A stretch of 64,000 bases of DNA, taken from contig CBFFRP010000355.1 of NCBI GenBank assembly GCA_965644295.1, forward strand, positions 1 through 64,000, in the 5' to 3' direction. Both the position numbers and the translations under genes were made by a program. Positions 60,919-64,000 of this stretch are shown piece by piece. The notes below the pieces were generated by a model that saw nothing but the letters and a program-made list of their open reading frames with translations, did no database searches and was not told the origin of the DNA. Position 1 is the first letter of the stretch; every line of letters begins with the position of its first letter. Source of the DNA: Paraphysomonas bandaiensis. Its lineage: Eukaryota > Protista > Chrysophyceae.

Positions 60919-61998
60919 TTAACTACGTCCAGTAACTTTGCTCATTAAAAACTCTATGCTGTCAACCACATAATCCGCACAGTACTCGTGAAATGCCCAT
61001 GCACGGTGCAAAACTTTAGCCAGTGGACTCTTTCCCCTCGTTAAAACTAGTCTAGACATCAGATCAACAGGGAGGTGCTCAATTAACACTGCTCGCCAAT
61101 TGTTATTAGTATTTGTTGGGTCCTTAAGTAACATTCCAGTATCACGACTGAGGTGCCCCGCTTCCTCCAGAGCTGATATAACCAAGTCAGCTTCCTGAAA
61201 TGTTATATGTAGAAACCATAAACGTTTTACTAAGTAGGAAGATGTGACAGGTAAAGGTTGGCATTCTTGAAAAACTATATCACCTATATGGTACCCTGAG
61301 CTCACTAGCATATCCATATTACTTCTAACTTGTCGTAGCGTATGAGAATCACGACTCATAGGGTTAAAGACAACAGGAACTTGGCGCAGCTGAGCCCGTG
61401 AGGAGGCTCGCATGATATCTAATGACATAGATTGTACAACAATTCCATTAAAGAGATTGGATATCTGCGCAAGTTTCCACACGAATCTACCGCCCGAACT
61501 ACAGCCCAATGCAAATATCGGTATATGCTCCAATGCATACTCCTTCTGTACGGCTTGAACTGCGGAAACAACTCCAGCAATATCACCATCTCCCCAACAC
61601 CCCGACTGTCGGTCTAGACTGCTCATAGCTATTACAGCAAACTCCTTTGATACAGATGCCTGCACAATTGCTACCTCCTCTGCTAAACCGATGCACGCAG
61701 CACAATGCGGAGATGGTGGCCAAAAGTCATACGCAGAATGTGTACACGCATGAGCTACAAACATGATTCCTTGAACATGCGATATATTCTCTGGGAGCTG
61801 GAGTAGAATCTGCGATCCATATTTACTACCATGTATAATGATCGGGTGGTGTTGGTGTTTTATCTCTTCAGTCGATTCAGATTTATGGGCCTCTAAAATC
61901 GGTCGTCGACTCAAGAAAACCACATAAACAATCACTGATACGCTGCACAGCAGCAGTAAAACCCATTTGATTTTTAGTTTTCCTGATCGTGATACCAT
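60919..61998 (-). CDS. Type II membrane alpha/beta-hydrolase-fold protein
   Basis: N-terminal TM anchor; FVAHAC, LGCSSGG nucleophile elbow, C-terminal FHEY. Confidence 0.72.
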   Translation of the reverse strand: MVSRSGKLKIKWVLLLLCSVSVIVYVVFLSRRPILEAHKSESTEEIKHQHHPIIIHGSKYGSQILLQLPENISHVQGIMFVAHACTHSAYDFWPPSPHCAACIGLAEEVAIVQASVSKEFAVIAMSSLDRQSGCWGDGDIAGVVSAVQAVQKEYALEHIPIFALGCSSGGRFVWKLAQISNLFNGIVVQSMSLDIMRASSRAQLRQVPVVFNPMSRDSHTLRQVRSNMDMLVSSGYHIGDIVFQECQPLPVTSSYLVKRLWFLHITFQEADLVISALEEAGHLSRDTGMLLKDPTNTNNNWRAVLIEHLPVDLMSRLVLTRGKSPLAKVLHRAWAFHEYCADYVVDSIEFLMSKVTGRS

Positions 61999-62546
61999 TT
62001 TATGTACCAGAGAGAACGAGAGGGTTCGGCTGCAGGCTAGAGTCAGTGCATGTGTGTCTATGAGAGGTACGAGCTGAGATTACCATAATATTACAATGTT
62101 GCTGTGTTGTATGTGCTGTTAACGGCATTGACTAACGTCAATCTGACACAGAATATGGAATGAGATGATGAGATATGCATGCAGTGATGTCCAACTAAGA
62201 GTAGAGTATGATTTCCAGTGCTCGGCTCGATCTGCTATCTGAAGGCAGGGTGGTTTATAGCACTGGAGTGGATATGTACATGTAGTTCACATGCATATCG
62301 TGTACTGCTGTTTTCATACTCTTAGAGATTTGTGCAGTAGTACAGCTGTACTACATCTCCTCAGTATGGATGTGTTTTTGTGTTTTTGTACACATGGAGT
62401 GTACTTACGTTCTTTATACGAGTACAGCATCCATGCAGCGTCTGCGTACAGCAGTGCATTAAGTCAGCAGGTCAGATGGGACGAATGGAAGCAAGCGATG
62501 TGTGTCCATCGAACTCACGTATAACTCACCTGACGAGAATAGAGTG

Positions 62547-64000
62547 ATGACAATGAACACTGTTGGGTTGGGACATCAGTTAGAGGAGTATCTGGATCAC
62601 AGTGATAACGTACAGGGGCTCATAGATATACTGAACTCTCATGGTGGGAATGTATGGGTGGATGTTATGACTGATACTGACCGCACTGTGCTCATGAGTG
62701 CAGCTAAGCGGGGTCGATATGAGGTGTGTAGATATACACTACAGAGAGACATCAGATCCATCAATCGTCAAAACAAGAGGGGGTATACAGCTCTGCACTA
62801 CGCTGTATTTAATGGTCATTATCATGTTGCTCAGCTGCTGTGTGGTCATGGAGCTGACATGCATTGTAAGAATAGATATCAGGAATCTTCATATGATGCT
62901 GCCTGCTCTGCTGGACACTACACTCTTGCATTCTCAATGATATCTGATCACCTGTTTCCCGCACCTTCGCTACCTAGTGAAGGGGAATATATTCTTCCTT
63001 TCAAGAATAGTACATGTAGTGTCAGTGGATCTAGTCAAAGTGTCCGGAAAGCTAATATGCAGCAGTGGTTAGATTGTGATTCAATCAGTACATTTACGCC
63101 CACATATGATGACCGTGGCCAACATAGTTTAGGGAACTCCTTCTCAGATTATTCTGGGTTGTTTCATCCATTAATATCTCGTCGTAATGTGAGTGTTCTG
63201 TCGGCCAAAATCCATGATGAAAATAAAAGTGTGGATCCTGTGAGTGGACCGGAGACGTTTACAAATACTGTTGGTTTTCTAACCTCTACAGAAGAACTAA
63301 GTGAATACTCTATAAGAGTTGTGGGTGTGGTTAATGGAGGAACAGCAAGGGTTGGAACAGAATTCAATTGTTTTGATTTTTCTCCCACATCCGCTTCAAA
63401 CATTGTGACCATTGGACGCAGCCGACAGTGCACCGTATGTTTGGCCGATATTTCGCTAAGTAAAATTCATGCACAGATAGAGCACATTCCCGACACTGGC
63501 TTGTGCATTCGTGACTTGGGTAGCAAACATGGTACTTATGTTAATGCAACTAAGCTATGTGTTCCGGGTTCAATAGAAGGAAAAGATACTGATGGTGTTT
63601 GCAGCAAATACAGTTGTGTGGTGCGCTCACCAGATGATACAATACAAGTAGGACGGGTGGCCCTTCAAATACATAAAAGGAATGTCGCAGATGAGACATC
63701 GGATAAAGAGTACGTGTACAGTGTATATATGTCTGTCATTGAAATATTCTTGTTTATACCTTGGATGGTTTCTCGATATATGGTTGAGCTTACAAGGCAC
63801 TGCTTTTGTATGAATAGGTTAAATTTACGAAAAGAAATGGGAAGAAAGTTATACGACGCCACGCGCCGTGCACATGAGCTAGAATCCGCACTTTCCCGGT
63901 CTAATAGGCCAAAGAAAGCCTCTATTCCGAAGTTATACCCCCCTCTTGCTCATCTAATTCCTACTGCTTCAACCTACTCAGGAAATAGTAACGCTTCTGA
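62547..64000 (+). CDS. Ankyrin repeat + FHA domain protein (runs off the window)
   Basis: Own translation, open to the window end: RTVLMSAAKRGR, GYTALHYAVFNGH, VTIGRSRQC…SLSKIHAQI…RDLGSKHGTYVN. Confidence 0.85.
   Translation, partial: MTMNTVGLGHQLEEYLDHSDNVQGLIDILNSHGGNVWVDVMTDTDRTVLMSAAKRGRYEVCRYTLQRDIRSINRQNKRGYTALHYAVFNGHYHVAQLLCGHGADMHCKNRYQESSYDAACSAGHYTLAFSMISDHLFPAPSLPSEGEYILPFKNSTCSVSGSSQSVRKANMQQWLDCDSISTFTPTYDDRGQHSLGNSFSDYSGLFHPLISRRNVSVLSAKIHDENKSVDPVSGPETFTNTVGFLTSTEELSEYSIRVVGVVNGGTARVGTEFNCFDFSPTSASNIVTIGRSRQCTVCLADISLSKIHAQIEHIPDTGLCIRDLGSKHGTYVNATKLCVPGSIEGKDTDGVCSKYSCVVRSPDDTIQVGRVALQIHKRNVADETSDKEYVYSVYMSVIEIFLFIPWMVSRYMVELTRHCFCMNRLNLRKEMGRKLYDATRRAHELESALSRSNRPKKASIPKLYPPLAHLIPTASTYSGNSNAS

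Overview
Eukaryotic nuclear DNA, AT-rich with short GT-AG introns; gene content and TE types suggest a stramenopile or similar protist (inference). The first ~38 kb is dominated by nested mobile elements. A Ty1/copia element (1494-12556, minus) has its 5' LTR split by a TA-flanked IS630-Tc1-mariner transposon with a very long DD~109E spacing. That transposon is itself split by a TIR element carrying a two-monomer satellite, and the copia gag-pol holds an unexplained hairpin-rich, AT-rich insert. A CMC/Plavaka-like transposon (20791-27529) has palindromic CCTATAGG subterminal arrays and two divergent genes. A dispersed family of 5'-truncated, TSD-flanked retroposed fragments without poly(A) recurs through the window. 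Two convergent truncated copia elements are joined by a 655-bp copy of the neighbouring arylsulfatase gene. Host genes: VOC/glyoxalase-like, DUF726/TMCO4-like, arylsulfatase, NT-C2+coiled-coil repeat+PX, ATP-grasp, pirin, Kir channel, CCCH-WD40, unknown propeller-like protein, COX6A, sulfotransferase, alpha/beta hydrolase and ankyrin-FHA. No rRNA, tRNA or CRISPR array was recognised. All calls are from reading by eye; no searches were run.
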